Of a stretch of DNA of 64,000 bases, positions 17,856 to 27,196 are shown one piece after another. The notes below the pieces were generated by a model. That model was given only the letters and a program-made list of their open reading frames with translations. It had not been told where the DNA came from and ran no database searches. The stretch's first letter is position 1. Every line of letters starts with the position of its first letter. The stretch is from a virus. Its lineage: Duplodnaviria > Heunggongvirae > Uroviricota > Caudoviricetes. The stretch is taken from positions 1 through 64,000 of IMG/VR virus record IMGVR_UViG_3300008267_000017, one strand, 5' to 3'. A program made the translations under genes and the position numbers.

Positions 17856-17884
17856 ATTGTGAAGCATTTCAAATCCGCTGTCAA
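17856..17884 (-). promoter_or_regulatory. sigma70-like promoter TTGACAGCG-17-CACAAT followed by GACTACACATTAAC
   Basis: Same layout as 16404-16432. Points leftward into the early arm. Confidence 0.4.
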
Positions 17885-17983
17885 GTATTTTGTTGAGTTA
17901 TTTCTCTAGGAATTTCAGTTATGTGAAATAAACATATCTCTAATACGTGTTATCAATTGTGGTGATATCTCTTGAGCTGCCTA

Positions 17984-18012
17984 TTGCAATTTCACCATCT
18001 TGTTGCTATAAT
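17984..18012 (+). promoter_or_regulatory. sigma70-like promoter TTGCAA-17-TATAAT
   Basis: -35 at 17984-17989, -10 at 18007-18012. No ORF follows for about 480 nt. Confidence 0.45.
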
Positions 18013-18019
18013 GCACGTT

Positions 18020-18504
18020 ACAAGAGTCGTTGGCTATATACTTTGGGGTTCTTGTGTAGTAATTATAGATGATTACCAAAGGATGTGCAAGTCATCAGCG
18101 TGGAAGAACTTCAACATAACACATGCGAAATAACGTGTCAATTATGTTTTAGGGATAGGGACGCTTCACACAACACATACATTTAGTGTTGAATACTATA
18201 CTCCAGCTTGTCTGGTAGCCCTAGAAATGAGCAGTATGTATAACATGCTCTGTCTGTTGAAGATGTAAGGTTGAGACAACTCATGCTTATCTTCGTAGTG
18301 CTATCAATTGAAGAATAGATAGCTTACAGATGAATCTCCTTTAACTCTGCTTATACAGCAGGGCTAGGGGAAGTTTTGTCTGTAAGTGCAAATCATTGAA
18401 GATTTATACTGTTAAGTATTACTAATAAGAGTAGATGCATACAATTAGAATAAATAAGAATACAGAGAGCTACAGCCTTAATCGGTTTGTAGCTCTTTTC
18501 GTTT
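18020..18504 (+). ncRNA. candidate noncoding transcript (about 480 nt) between the promoter at 17984 and the terminator at 18466-18504
   Basis: No ORF longer than 16 codons. Bounded by a near-consensus promoter and a strong intrinsic terminator. Contains several local hairpins. Confidence 0.3.
18466..18504 (+). terminator. rho-independent terminator (AGAGCUACA, 13-nt loop, UGUAGCUCU, then UUUCGUUU)
   Basis: 9-bp perfect stem followed by a T-tract on the plus strand only. Confidence 0.6.
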
Positions 18505-18520
18505 ATGAAGAAGAAATATG

Positions 18521-18549
18521 TTGACATACAAAATTAGATGAGATATTAT
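18521..18549 (+). promoter_or_regulatory. sigma70-like promoter TTGACA-17-TATTAT for the plus-strand gene block starting at 18584
   Basis: -35 at 18521-18526, -10 at 18544-18549. The downstream gene has an AAGGAGA RBS. Confidence 0.5.
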
Positions 18550-18583
18550 TCTTCCATTCGCTAACAAACACAAGGAGAATTAA

Positions 18584-18829
18584 ATGAAATCTAATGAATT
18601 ATTAAGTGCTTGCAATACACTGGCTTTGAGTTTATTATTTGATAAGAACACAAGCACCACCTTGCAGGAGAAGATGGTTGAACTTAATATTGAGTTCCGT
18701 AAGAATAAGACAGTAGAGGATGTCATTAAAGCTGTTCGTAAGGGTATTAAGCAAGGCATGGGTAGAGTGGAACATGAAATCTCTATGTCTGAATTATATT
18801 TAGCGGGAGTATTTAAAATTAAGAAATAA
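18584..18829 (+). CDS. hypothetical protein
   Basis: AAGGAGAATTAA RBS. Confidence 0.5.
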   Translation: MKSNELLSACNTLALSLLFDKNTSTTLQEKMVELNIEFRKNKTVEDVIKAVRKGIKQGMGRVEHEISMSELYLAGVFKIKK

Positions 18830-18839
18830 GGAGAAAAAT

Positions 18840-19109
18840 ATGAAAATCGTTATTAATAGTTGTTATGGTGGTTTTAGTTTATCAGATGCTGCTTATAAAT
18901 GGCTTAAAGAAAATGGTAGTAATGGAGACTACAGCTACTATAACAAGAATCGCACAGACCCTATGTTAGTGAAGTGTGTTGAAACTCTCGGCAGCGATAC
19001 TGCTAGTGGCTCTTGGGCTGAGTTGGAAATCAAAGAGCTTGACATTAGCTGGGAAGTAGATAGCTATGATGGTATGGAATCTGTAACAGGCTCTGTGAGT
19101 TGTTATTAA
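18840..19109 (+). CDS. hypothetical protein
   Basis: AAGGAGAAAAAT RBS. Confidence 0.5.
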   Translation: MKIVINSCYGGFSLSDAAYKWLKENGSNGDYSYYNKNRTDPMLVKCVETLGSDTASGSWAELEIKELDISWEVDSYDGMESVTGSVSCY

Positions 19110-19119
19110 GGAGAACACA

Positions 19120-19785
19120 ATGAAACTACTATACACCCTACTCTTAGCCCTGTTCCTCTCAGCTTGCGGAGGAGGCAATCCTATAGAACAAATTTCTACA
19201 GGAAATCGTGATATTATTCAGAAGACTTCTACACCTGTTCCTCCAATTAAAATTGTGACAATAGGCGACTCTGAGACAGCAGGAGCTGTAAGCACTCCAA
19301 CAGGCTTTGTAAACATTCCAGAGGCTTCCTATCCAGCTAGGTTACAGGGATTGCTAGGTAGCAAGGCTGTTGTAACCAACTTAGGAGTGAACAGTACAAA
19401 CCTCTTGGAAGTTTATACAGACCAATTCAATATTGCTCGTACAATGTCTCCAGACATTCTTATTGTTTCTACAACATTAAATGATGCTGGTGATAATTTT
19501 GACAAGGATTTGTTATATTTAATTTGGAGTTTGTTTAAACGTGACTTGCCTAACACACGTATTATTCTGTTGACTCCGTTGAAGGCTCATGTTAGTATCT
19601 CTCCTACGGTGTTGCAGGATTACACTACAAATTTATATAGAGCAAATGCCCTAGGAATTGAGATTTACGATGTAGGAGCACATGACACACCAGATTGGTA
19701 TTGTGGACATGAGGATTTTCATCCTTGTGAGTATGGGTATAGAGAGATGGCACGTTACGTAGCACAATATTTAAACATTAATTAA
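19120..19785 (+). CDS. SGNH/GDSL-family hydrolase lipoprotein
   Basis: Lipoprotein signal MKLLYTLLLALFLSAC. Block I VTIGDSETAG, block III LNDAGDNF (GxND), block V EDFHP (DxxH). Confidence 0.7.
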   Translation: MKLLYTLLLALFLSACGGGNPIEQISTGNRDIIQKTSTPVPPIKIVTIGDSETAGAVSTPTGFVNIPEASYPARLQGLLGSKAVVTNLGVNSTNLLEVYTDQFNIARTMSPDILIVSTTLNDAGDNFDKDLLYLIWSLFKRDLPNTRIILLTPLKAHVSISPTVLQDYTTNLYRANALGIEIYDVGAHDTPDWYCGHEDFHPCEYGYREMARYVAQYLNIN

Positions 19786-19795
19786 GGAGAACAGA

Positions 19796-20323
19796 ATGAC
19801 AAGTAAATTTAAAGCAGGTGATAAAGTGGTTCGTACAGAACATTACTCTTGGGCTTCTGATAATAATTTTATGCAACAAGGCAAGGAATACATTGTTAAT
19901 AATGTTTATGTTGGCGGGAACTTGGATTTGATAGGGAGTGATGCAACATATGTAGCCAGTAAATTTAAACTTGTAGAAGAGAAGCCAAAATTCAAGAACA
20001 TGAAATTCCGTGTCAGCTCTCCAGAGCAGTCTAAAGAGATTCAGGAAGTTTTGCTTTCTATGGGGTATGATTGGGCGGGTAAAGACCAGCAAGTGATGTA
20101 TCTAGATTCAAAGTGGCTAACTTCTTGGGATGATGGGAGTTTAGGTACCGAGGAACATGCATTCAATCTTAACAAAGGTGAAGAATACACAATCAAAACT
20201 ACAAAATCCTATGAACTCATTCCTGTGGAAATTCCGAAGGAAGAATTAGTAGAATTAATGGGGCAGAAATATTCTAAGAAGGAATTGGAAGACGCCTTGC
20301 GTTCTCTGAAGCCTGTGGAATAG
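19796..20323 (+). CDS. hypothetical protein
   Basis: AAGGAGAACAGA RBS. Confidence 0.5.
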   Translation: MTSKFKAGDKVVRTEHYSWASDNNFMQQGKEYIVNNVYVGGNLDLIGSDATYVASKFKLVEEKPKFKNMKFRVSSPEQSKEIQEVLLSMGYDWAGKDQQVMYLDSKWLTSWDDGSLGTEEHAFNLNKGEEYTIKTTKSYELIPVEIPKEELVELMGQKYSKKELEDALRSLKPVE

Positions 20324-20509
20324 GAATTTTCGATTATTAGGATTTCGATAGGGGATTCTGTAGGAAATTAGCTCAGGATTTTAGGATTTCATTGAACAGG
20401 AAAATACACTTTTAATAACATAAATGTGTATCATATAGCTAGTTATGCACTTTATTGCGCTTAATTAGGGATATACTATACATTTATCTGCACGAACATA
20501 GGAGGGAAT

Positions 20510-20713
20510 ATGGAGAAGGAAGTAAAACTTTATTACAGAGGAAAAGAAGTTATCCGAGAAATCAATGATTGCTATTCTTTATGCGGTGATTGTGTAGCTA
20601 ACAAAGCAGATGGTAGTTGTGGTATGACTATGTATCCTGCTGGACATGAAGATTACTATTGTACAGATAGTGAAAATGAATATGTATTTAAATATAAGGA
20701 GGAAGCAGAATGA
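20510..20713 (+). CDS. Cys-rich small protein
   Basis: CYSLCGDCVANKADGSCGMTMY. Confidence 0.45.
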   Translation: MEKEVKLYYRGKEVIREINDCYSLCGDCVANKADGSCGMTMYPAGHEDYYCTDSENEYVFKYKEEAE

Positions 20714-20952
20714 AAGTAGTTCAACAAGTAAATGAGAAACCTAAATATATTCCTATTACAATTACGCTGGAGACAGCCGAGGAGTATTTTGAGTTGTTAG
20801 GGGCATTGACTGTAGCAAGTAAGCGTGATGTAAATAATACTTTGAGGCTTATTTCTCCCAACGTAGTTATACCAGAACATGTACAACCTAATTTTGTTTT
20901 CCTATACAACTCATTGTATAAAATGCTTGATAAAGTAAAGGAGACATTATGA
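20710..20952 (+). CDS. hypothetical protein
   Basis: ATGA coupling. Confidence 0.45.
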   Translation: MKVVQQVNEKPKYIPITITLETAEEYFELLGALTVASKRDVNNTLRLISPNVVIPEHVQPNFVFLYNSLYKMLDKVKETL

Positions 20953-21173
20953 GTATTACAGTGAATCAACTCTTTGCTCCTTGGCAACCTGTAATCCTGC
21001 AGATTGGTGCAGAGAATGAATGTGCAATTTTATCTAAGTTATTTAAGATTGCTTCTGAGTTTACAGAAGAGGAAATGCAAGATTTAGTAGAATTATTGGA
21101 TGACAAGCACTATGGGGACATGCAGACAATGTTTGTTAGGCTGTCCAACAGTTTAAATAATTATGTGACGTAA
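20949..21173 (+). CDS. hypothetical acidic protein
   Basis: ATGA coupling. A terminator follows. Confidence 0.45.
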   Translation: MSITVNQLFAPWQPVILQIGAENECAILSKLFKIASEFTEEEMQDLVELLDDKHYGDMQTMFVRLSNSLNNYVT

Positions 21174-21180
21174 TAACTAT

Positions 21181-21214
21181 AGCCCTGCCATTCCTTAAAT
21201 GGAAGCAGGGCTTT
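21181..21214 (+). terminator. rho-independent terminator (AGCCCUGC...GCAGGGCU then UUUCU)
   Basis: 8-bp GC-rich stem with an inner 4-bp stem and a weak T-tract. Confidence 0.5.
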
Positions 21215-21812
21215 CTACATCTAGCTTGAAATTACTTGCAGGAATATTCTAGAAAATATTTTTATAAAAAATTTAAAAATAAAATTTAACCTTCGGAGTT
21301 ATGTAATCATTTCCCCTCCCCATGAATTCCTCGTTTTCAGCCAGCTTTGTCAAGGAAACTTTACATCGGCATATAAGCATATACAAATATAACTATTTAC
21401 GCATGTACGCAAATAAGCAATTACGTATAAGCATGTAAAGCAAGCTTGACTTTTCTTAGAATTGCGCTAGGAGGTGTTGGACAGCTCAAAACATGCGAGT
21501 AAATGCCGTTTATACGTGGATAAAACGCGCTAGAAACGATTTAAATAGCTTGATTGGATACTCACTAGCCAAGATATAGAAAACAGCTCAAATAGGCTTA
21601 AAACACGTATTAGAAACTATTGGGCAGGAATCAATTAATAGCGCAATTCTCGAAAGGAGGCGAAACGAGGCATATAGTAGCTTCACGGCAATAAATTGCT
21701 TGGATAATAACTATATGTTTGTCATCAATAGGGCGGATGACGGTAGGGAACAACTGGTAATGCTATAACGGACTAAAGAAAGAAAACTTTAGCCCGTATT
21801 TGAAATTATCTT

Positions 21813-21986
21813 ATAGAAAGTAAATCCATGATTTCATGTTGTAAGCTTGTGACAATATTATGTGCTATTACGGCTGATTCAAAATTTTCATTAGTTTGAA
21901 ACATATCGTATGTAGTACGCCAGAATTCTAAATCTACTTTAGCTCTAGATAATTCTTTATTTAATCGGTCTAATTCTGTCATAATT
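21813..21986 (-). CDS. small coiled-coil protein (57 aa, below the ORF-track cutoff)
   Basis: Translates MTELDRLNKELSRAKVDLEFWRTTYDMFQTNENFESAVIAHNIVTSLQHEIMDLLSI. Weak RBS. Confidence 0.3.
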
Positions 21987-22100
21987 TCGCCTTGTTTGTT
22001 ATTTGTGCAAATCGCACAATTGAGAATATATACTAGCTAAAATCAGAATGCAAGCTATTCCAACAAAGAAAATTATTTCACATTTATTTTAAGAAATAAC

Positions 22101-22129
22101 TTGACAGATTCTTTTTGTTTCGCTATAGT
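22101..22129 (+). promoter_or_regulatory. sigma70-like promoter TTGACAG-17-TATAGT followed by TCAGTCATC
   Basis: -35 at 22101-22106, -10 at 22124-22129. Near-identical to the promoter at 23929. Confidence 0.5.
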
Positions 22130-22407
22130 TCAGTCATCGCAGCAGAACAACGCAGCGAGTTAGCACTAAACAAGGTTTTACGAAACTTTGGACAGAGTAA
22201 TAGAATAAATGCAGCATGTGGGGAACTGGTAAAAACACGTTAAAATCCCATTTATTTTATTATGATGTTATGTGTTAGAATGTAATACCTTGTTTTATCT
22301 TAGAAAGTGTATATGAAAAACCATTTTTCAACACGGCAAGCTGTCATTATTTTGTTTGTCGTTTTCTTTGTTGTTTTGCCTTTAATTAACTATTTGGAAT
22401 TTTATTT

Positions 22408-22794
22408 ATGAAAACCCCAAAATTATCTACATCACAAATTTGTTCTCAGATTGACTATATTTATTCTAGCGCAAAGCTTTGCAAGTATAACGCGAACTGG
22501 ATTATTTCAGAATTTAAAAAGTTGCTTAATGAATTAAATAGCCGTTCTAATTGTGGTAGTCGACGTTATCCTGTTTTCATGGCACAATACGCTAAAGGTT
22601 ATGATGTGGCATTGCATAACCAATTGTGGCGCAATGAATTAGAATTCTGTTATGTTTATCAGGGTGAACTGTATTCAACGCATAAAATCACGTCACAAAA
22701 AGACTGCGAGTTAATTATACATAAAGGCATTGAGTTTATGGATAGCTTAGAACGTGGGCACTATTGGAAAAATTCAAGCGTCAAATTTGCGTAA
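22408..22794 (+). CDS. hypothetical protein
   Basis: ORF downstream of the promoter. Confidence 0.45.
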   Translation: MKTPKLSTSQICSQIDYIYSSAKLCKYNANWIISEFKKLLNELNSRSNCGSRRYPVFMAQYAKGYDVALHNQLWRNELEFCYVYQGELYSTHKITSQKDCELIIHKGIEFMDSLERGHYWKNSSVKFA

Positions 22795-22828
22795 TACATT
22801 ATTTAATCTAAACGAAAGAAAACCTATC

Positions 22829-23176
22829 ATGAAAACCACAGTATCTAAACAACATTTTATTGATGCTTTTTTGACATCAAATTCCTATAGCGATAATTTC
22901 AGCTATGACGGTCTAGAAATTCTCTTCGATTACTTGGAAGAAATGGAAAACGGCTGTGAGACGGAATTGGAATTTGATCTAGTTGCAATCGCTTGTGACT
23001 ACTCAGAATCTCGTGCAGCAGATATCGCTTCAGATTATCGTATAGATATCGATGACAACATGACAGATGACGAAATAGTTGAAACAGTGCGAGATTACTT
23101 GCAAGATAATACGCAAGTTTGCGGTGAATACGAAGAGGATGGCATAACTTATTTTGTGTTTTGTTCTTCGTTTTAA
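22829..23176 (+). CDS. hypothetical acidic protein (start refined to MKTTVSK)
   Basis: ORF; very acidic. Confidence 0.45.
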   Translation: MKTTVSKQHFIDAFLTSNSYSDNFSYDGLEILFDYLEEMENGCETELEFDLVAIACDYSESRAADIASDYRIDIDDNMTDDEIVETVRDYLQDNTQVCGEYEEDGITYFVFCSSF

Positions 23177-23186
23177 GGCTAAGATA

Positions 23187-23342
23187 ATGATACAATTCAC
23201 AATTCAATATAGTCCTAGTAGTTTAGCTAAGTGGCAAGCTGTAGACAGCTCAGGCAAAGTGTGGAAAAGTCACATTTATAAGCGTGCTATTCAGGAATGG
23301 ATACGGGCACAATGTGGCACAAGTCCAACGAAACAAAACTAA
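23187..23342 (+). CDS. hypothetical small protein
   Basis: ORF with an internal Met start. Confidence 0.3.
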   Translation: MIQFTIQYSPSSLAKWQAVDSSGKVWKSHIYKRAIQEWIRAQCGTSPTKQN

Positions 23343-23372
23343 GCAATATTAATTAATTTACAAGGGGATAAA

Positions 23373-23609
23373 ATGCTATTTAAAAACTATATAGAAGTAG
23401 ATTGTGAAACATGGGTAGAATTCTTAACAGAGTTTAGAACATACCAAACTGAAGTTATAAACGATGTTTATACAGACATGCAAAGCAAAATTATGCATAA
23501 TGAAAACCCACGTAATAACGGCTTAGTCGTGGCTTATGTTCGTTATCATAAGGACGGTACAAAACAGTATTTTATTACAGCAGCTTTTACAGCAGAGGGG
23601 AATGTATAA
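23373..23609 (+). CDS. hypothetical protein
   Basis: AGGGGATAAA RBS. Confidence 0.45.
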   Translation: MLFKNYIEVDCETWVEFLTEFRTYQTEVINDVYTDMQSKIMHNENPRNNGLVVAYVRYHKDGTKQYFITAAFTAEGNV

Positions 23610-23764
23610 TGCAAACGAACTTTTCAACAATCAAAATTATTCGTACTAGTACGAATAAGCCCAAGCAAGAAGCAAGCGAGAAGCACGTCAAAACGGCTTA
23701 CAAGGGCAAGAAATGGGTACGTGGCACAGATAAGCGTTCTATGAATTTTGACAGCTTAAAGGGG
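23609..23764 (+). CDS. small basic protein (51 aa)
   Basis: ATG overlaps the previous stop (TAATG). Confidence 0.3.
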
Positions 23765-23772
23765 GGTTTAAA

Positions 23773-23925
23773 ATGACTTTATACGATATTGATTGTGAGA
23801 TTGAACGGTTAGAAAATGAGATAGATAATATATGCTTCTCTGAGCATGAGGATTTTCTTTCATACACTGATAAAATGCTTCAGTTGATACAGTTAAAAGA
23901 AGAAAGAAACAACAAAGTGAAGTAA
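23773..23925 (+). CDS. small acidic protein (50 aa)
   Basis: GGGGGG RBS upstream. Confidence 0.3.
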   Translation: MTLYDIDCEIERLENEIDNICFSEHEDFLSYTDKMLQLIQLKEERNNKVK

Positions 23926-23928
23926 CGC

Positions 23929-23958
23929 TTGACAGCATAAAATAGATTCTGTTATAGT
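23929..23958 (+). promoter_or_regulatory. sigma70-like promoter TTGACAG-17/18-TATAGT followed by GCAGTCAT
   Basis: Shares the TTGACAG...TATAGTNCAGTCAT architecture with 22101-22129. Confidence 0.45.
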
Positions 23959-24274
23959 GCAGTCATTCTCTTATTTAAAGCTACTAACTTAACAGGGTTT
24001 ATTATGTCATACGCTATACCATATAAGGGCATTACAAGGTTTTTCGACAGTGAAGAGCAAGCAATAATTTTCTGTAAGCTTGCTATGCTTTCTCAATCAG
24101 TTATTATTAAGGCGCAATTGCGATAAGGGGCTATTATGTTTGAGCGTGATATGTTGGACAATATGGAAGCTATTAGTAAGGCGAAAAGACAGTGGGCAGC
24201 ACATTGCAAGCATGTTGCCATGTGTCAGCGTATGGATAGCATGTAAGAACATCTTTAGGCAGTAGTAGTCTTAT

Positions 24275-24300
24275 AAGCCCCTTGACGGGGCTTTTCTTTA
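24275..24300 (+). terminator. rho-independent terminator (AAGCCCC UUGAC GGGGCUU UUCUUU)
   Basis: 7-bp GC stem followed by a T-tract. Ends the plus-strand block. Confidence 0.65.
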
Positions 24301-24346
24301 TGTGACGTGGCATAGTTGCGAGTAGGCTATAGTGCCATTAGTATAC

Positions 24347-24388
24347 TTATCCACAGATTATCATTAGTTATCCACAGAGTTATCCACA
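24347..24388 (+). promoter_or_regulatory. cluster of three perfect consensus DnaA boxes (TTATCCACA) in direct orientation
   Basis: Boxes at 24347-24355, 24368-24376 and 24380-24388. Located in a 900-bp ORF-free region between convergent transcription units, with AT-rich stretches and palindromes nearby. Confidence 0.6.
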
Positions 24389-25200
24389 GGCTGAGGGGTT
24401 TATTGCAACTTTGACAGTATAGCAACAGAGAACTAGACCAAACGGTCTACAACATACATACAGCCATGTATGTATAACGCATTAACAACTACACAACACA
24501 TGCACCATTCGAGTGCATAACATAGCGAAATGCTATCTATTACCAGTCGTCATACCTGTTCCCTTTCTATACCCTAACCAAGCTAACTATCTTAGCACGT
24601 CACACAATACCGATTGCAAGCCAATAGAAGCACTCACAAGGCACGTTCTATAACTGTCCTATGTCTTACTGTGCTCAATGATTTAAACGTCTCTAATCGC
24701 TTCTATTGCGACACCTAAACAGGTATTTGCTTCACTTACAGGGCGATTCGGTACATATTTCAGGGAAGCAAGGACTGTGCCAGCTCACACCTTCACCCCT
24801 GTTAAACAACGATTGCGCCTCCCACCATTTTCTAGTATCACTTGATAAAACTCACAAAATATATTTCCAAAAACTGAGAAATACTCTCCTAACAAATAGG
24901 TCACTTCTGAAAAATTTTTGGATGAAATTTGACGTTCAAAACACTTTTTGCAGATATTTTCCTGTATAAAATTACAACAAGTGTGTCTTAAAACAACATA
25001 TAAAATTAAATTTTTAAATTTTAGCGTTTAAGGAACTTTATCAGGGAATATGAATATAGATATTGCAGCCTTTTAATATCGAATAAGGAAGCAACAAATG
25101 ATGGGATTTAGCCGTGGAAAAGCTCTCGAAACAATAAACTGATAGTTGAGTACCAGAATACTATTTGAGAGCTTTTTAGGTGCGATTTTATAACGAGAAG

Positions 25201-25812
25201 TTAGTCTGTAATTTCAACTGTGAAGTTATTTAAAGCTTCGATTACTTTAGGATGTATCATTCCTTCATACTTTATTGCGAGTTCTTTAGCAAGAGCTTCC
25301 TTGTAAACTTTGTAAGCTTGGAAGGCTTCTTCTGGAGTGTCGTAGAATCCTAGATGTTTACTGCAGCTTCTGCCATCACTTGCAGTTGCTCTGTACATCC
25401 CCTTCAATTTGTAGAAGTCTACACCTATTGGATGGCTGCCTCTGTCTCCTTTCCTTTTTGTCAAGAAAGTATTAACTTGCCTTGGAATAAAGAAGCTTGT
25501 ATCCTCTGAGTAAAGTTTATTTCCTTTGAGCACAACGTCCTTGTCCAATTGATAATCTTTTAACTTAAATCCTATCTGAGACTGACACCACTCTGCGAAA
25601 TATTGAAAGTTCTTAAAATTATCAGAAGCTTCGCAACCTATATAACTAGGATACCTTACATGGAGTTTCGCAGAGTAACACCTCTCCAGCATATTTTGCC
25701 ATAAGATGTATTCTTTCGTACGTTTTCTACCGATACTTCTAAGATGTTTCCCTTTTTCAGAAACTCCGACTCCTTGCACTAACCTCTTACCCATTCTTAT
25801 TCCTCTCCTCAA
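25201..25812 (-). CDS. homing-endonuclease-like protein, paralog B (degenerate HNH-like plus AP2-like, ends ...VEITD)
   Basis: QLDKDVVLKGNKLYS and C-terminal RGSHPIGVDF...GFYDTPEEAFQAYKVYKEALAKELA. Paralog of 3499-4065 and 38758-39732. Confidence 0.6.
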   Translation of the reverse strand: MRRGIRMGKRLVQGVGVSEKGKHLRSIGRKRTKEYILWQNMLERCYSAKLHVRYPSYIGCEASDNFKNFQYFAEWCQSQIGFKLKDYQLDKDVVLKGNKLYSEDTSFFIPRQVNTFLTKRKGDRGSHPIGVDFYKLKGMYRATASDGRSCSKHLGFYDTPEEAFQAYKVYKEALAKELAIKYEGMIHPKVIEALNNFTVEITD

Positions 25813-26338
25813 TAATTTGTTTCAACTTCTCCCACACAATAGGGGTATAGTCAATATTTTCCATAGATACACAATAATACCTGTCATCCACTTCTCGACT
25901 GCCTTGCATAACATCATTGTATACTCCCACTTCTTTGCTATGTAAGTGACCATGTATGTTCATTTTATACCTAGGAATAACACTAGCAGGATGCAAAGGG
26001 ATATGACTCATAACGTAGTCATCAAATACTTTCACTCCATGCAACTTCTTGAAGTACACTAAGTATTCCTCAGCTCTCATTGTGTCGTGATTGCCCATTA
26101 CCAATTCTTTTGTGCCATTCAGTCTAGCAGCTAGTGGCAAAGCACTACGATTGATAACGAAGTCTCCTAGCACAATTACAGTGTCTTTAGGCCGTACAAC
26201 ACTGTTCCAATTAGCTATTAAAGCTTCGTTCATTTCTTCTACATCTGTCCAAGGACGTTCTTTCTCTCCATTAGGACGAAGGAAGTTTACAATCCCTCTG
26301 TGTCCTAAGTGCATATCAGCACAAACGAATGTGGTCAT
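25787..26338 (-). CDS. calcineurin-like metallophosphoesterase
   Basis: Motifs CADMHLGH (DxH), VLGDF (GD), MGNHD (GNHD), and IHGHLH. Confidence 0.8.
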   Translation of the reverse strand: MTTFVCADMHLGHRGIVNFLRPNGEKERPWTDVEEMNEALIANWNSVVRPKDTVIVLGDFVINRSALPLAARLNGTKELVMGNHDTMRAEEYLVYFKKLHGVKVFDDYVMSHIPLHPASVIPRYKMNIHGHLHSKEVGVYNDVMQGSREVDDRYYCVSMENIDYTPIVWEKLKQIIEERNKNG

Positions 26339-26566
26339 CTATTTCTCCTTTGTTTCATATTTATCATGCACTGCAACCGTCTTATCTGCCCATTCATGAG
26401 CCTCAATACATCGTTTCTCCATGTGCTCTGGAGTTTGCTTATTTCTAAATTGGTCTAGAAGCCCACTATTGAAGAACTTCAATGCTGTTCTGCGCCCATC
26501 TTCACAGTACACCTCAGCTATAATCATACCTGTGCTTGTGATTTCTACTTTCTTGTAGTGTTTCAT
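26339..26566 (-). CDS. hypothetical protein
   Basis: ORF that abuts its neighbours. Confidence 0.4.
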   Translation of the reverse strand: MKHYKKVEITSTGMIIAEVYCEDGRRTALKFFNSGLLDQFRNKQTPEHMEKRCIEAHEWADKTVAVHDKYETKEK

Positions 26567-26904
26567 AACTCTCCTTTAATAATCTGTAATACCATCTTCT
26601 TGCACAACTCACTATCACTAATAAATATCTCACTACTATGGCTACAGAATGATACACTAGTGTTTTCAGTTGTCCTCCCATCTAGCCAGAACATACGTGT
26701 AATTGTAAACACACAAACCAGATTAACACTACTATTGTACAGCTTCCACACAGTGTCTGCAAGTAATTCTTCTACAACCCAATTGGAAGGATTAGATAGT
26801 TCCTTTACAGCATCAATATTTACACTGAAGTCGAACTCTAGTTGTGTTGATTTCTCTCTGACTGTCTCTGTTTGTGGGATGAACCTTGGGTAATGTATAC
26901 TCAT
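26563..26904 (-). CDS. hypothetical protein (start refined to MSIHYPRF)
   Basis: ORF. Confidence 0.35.
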   Translation of the reverse strand: MSIHYPRFIPQTETVREKSTQLEFDFSVNIDAVKELSNPSNWVVEELLADTVWKLYNSSVNLVCVFTITRMFWLDGRTTENTSVSFCSHSSEIFISDSELCKKMVLQIIKGEL

Positions 26905-26905
26905 A

Positions 26906-27196
26906 CTAATTCCTCTTAAATTTACTGAAAAGCTTCTTAGCCTTATACAACAACGTCTCCTTGTTACGCTCTGGTGTGATTGTCTCATACAGCCACTTCC
27001 CATTTACTTTACGTGTAGCTACTTGTAAAATCATGTTCTCTGTCTTGGACGTGAACACAGCCTTGCGAGCTGTTGTATGGAACATGAAGAGTCCCCCGTC
27101 TTTCTTTATGTTGGTCATAAATGGTGTAGCAGAGGAGATTTCAGCTCCTGTGTCACGATCTATGAATCGGTAACGTACATTGTATCTAGTCATCAC
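26906..27196 (-). CDS. hypothetical protein, paralog of 33947-34174
   Basis: YRFIDRDTGAEISS and ATRKVNGKWLYE match YRVVNSLTGEVVSS and ATHKHNGEWVF. Confidence 0.45.
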   Translation of the reverse strand: MMTRYNVRYRFIDRDTGAEISSATPFMTNIKKDGGLFMFHTTARKAVFTSKTENMILQVATRKVNGKWLYETITPERNKETLLYKAKKLFSKFKRN

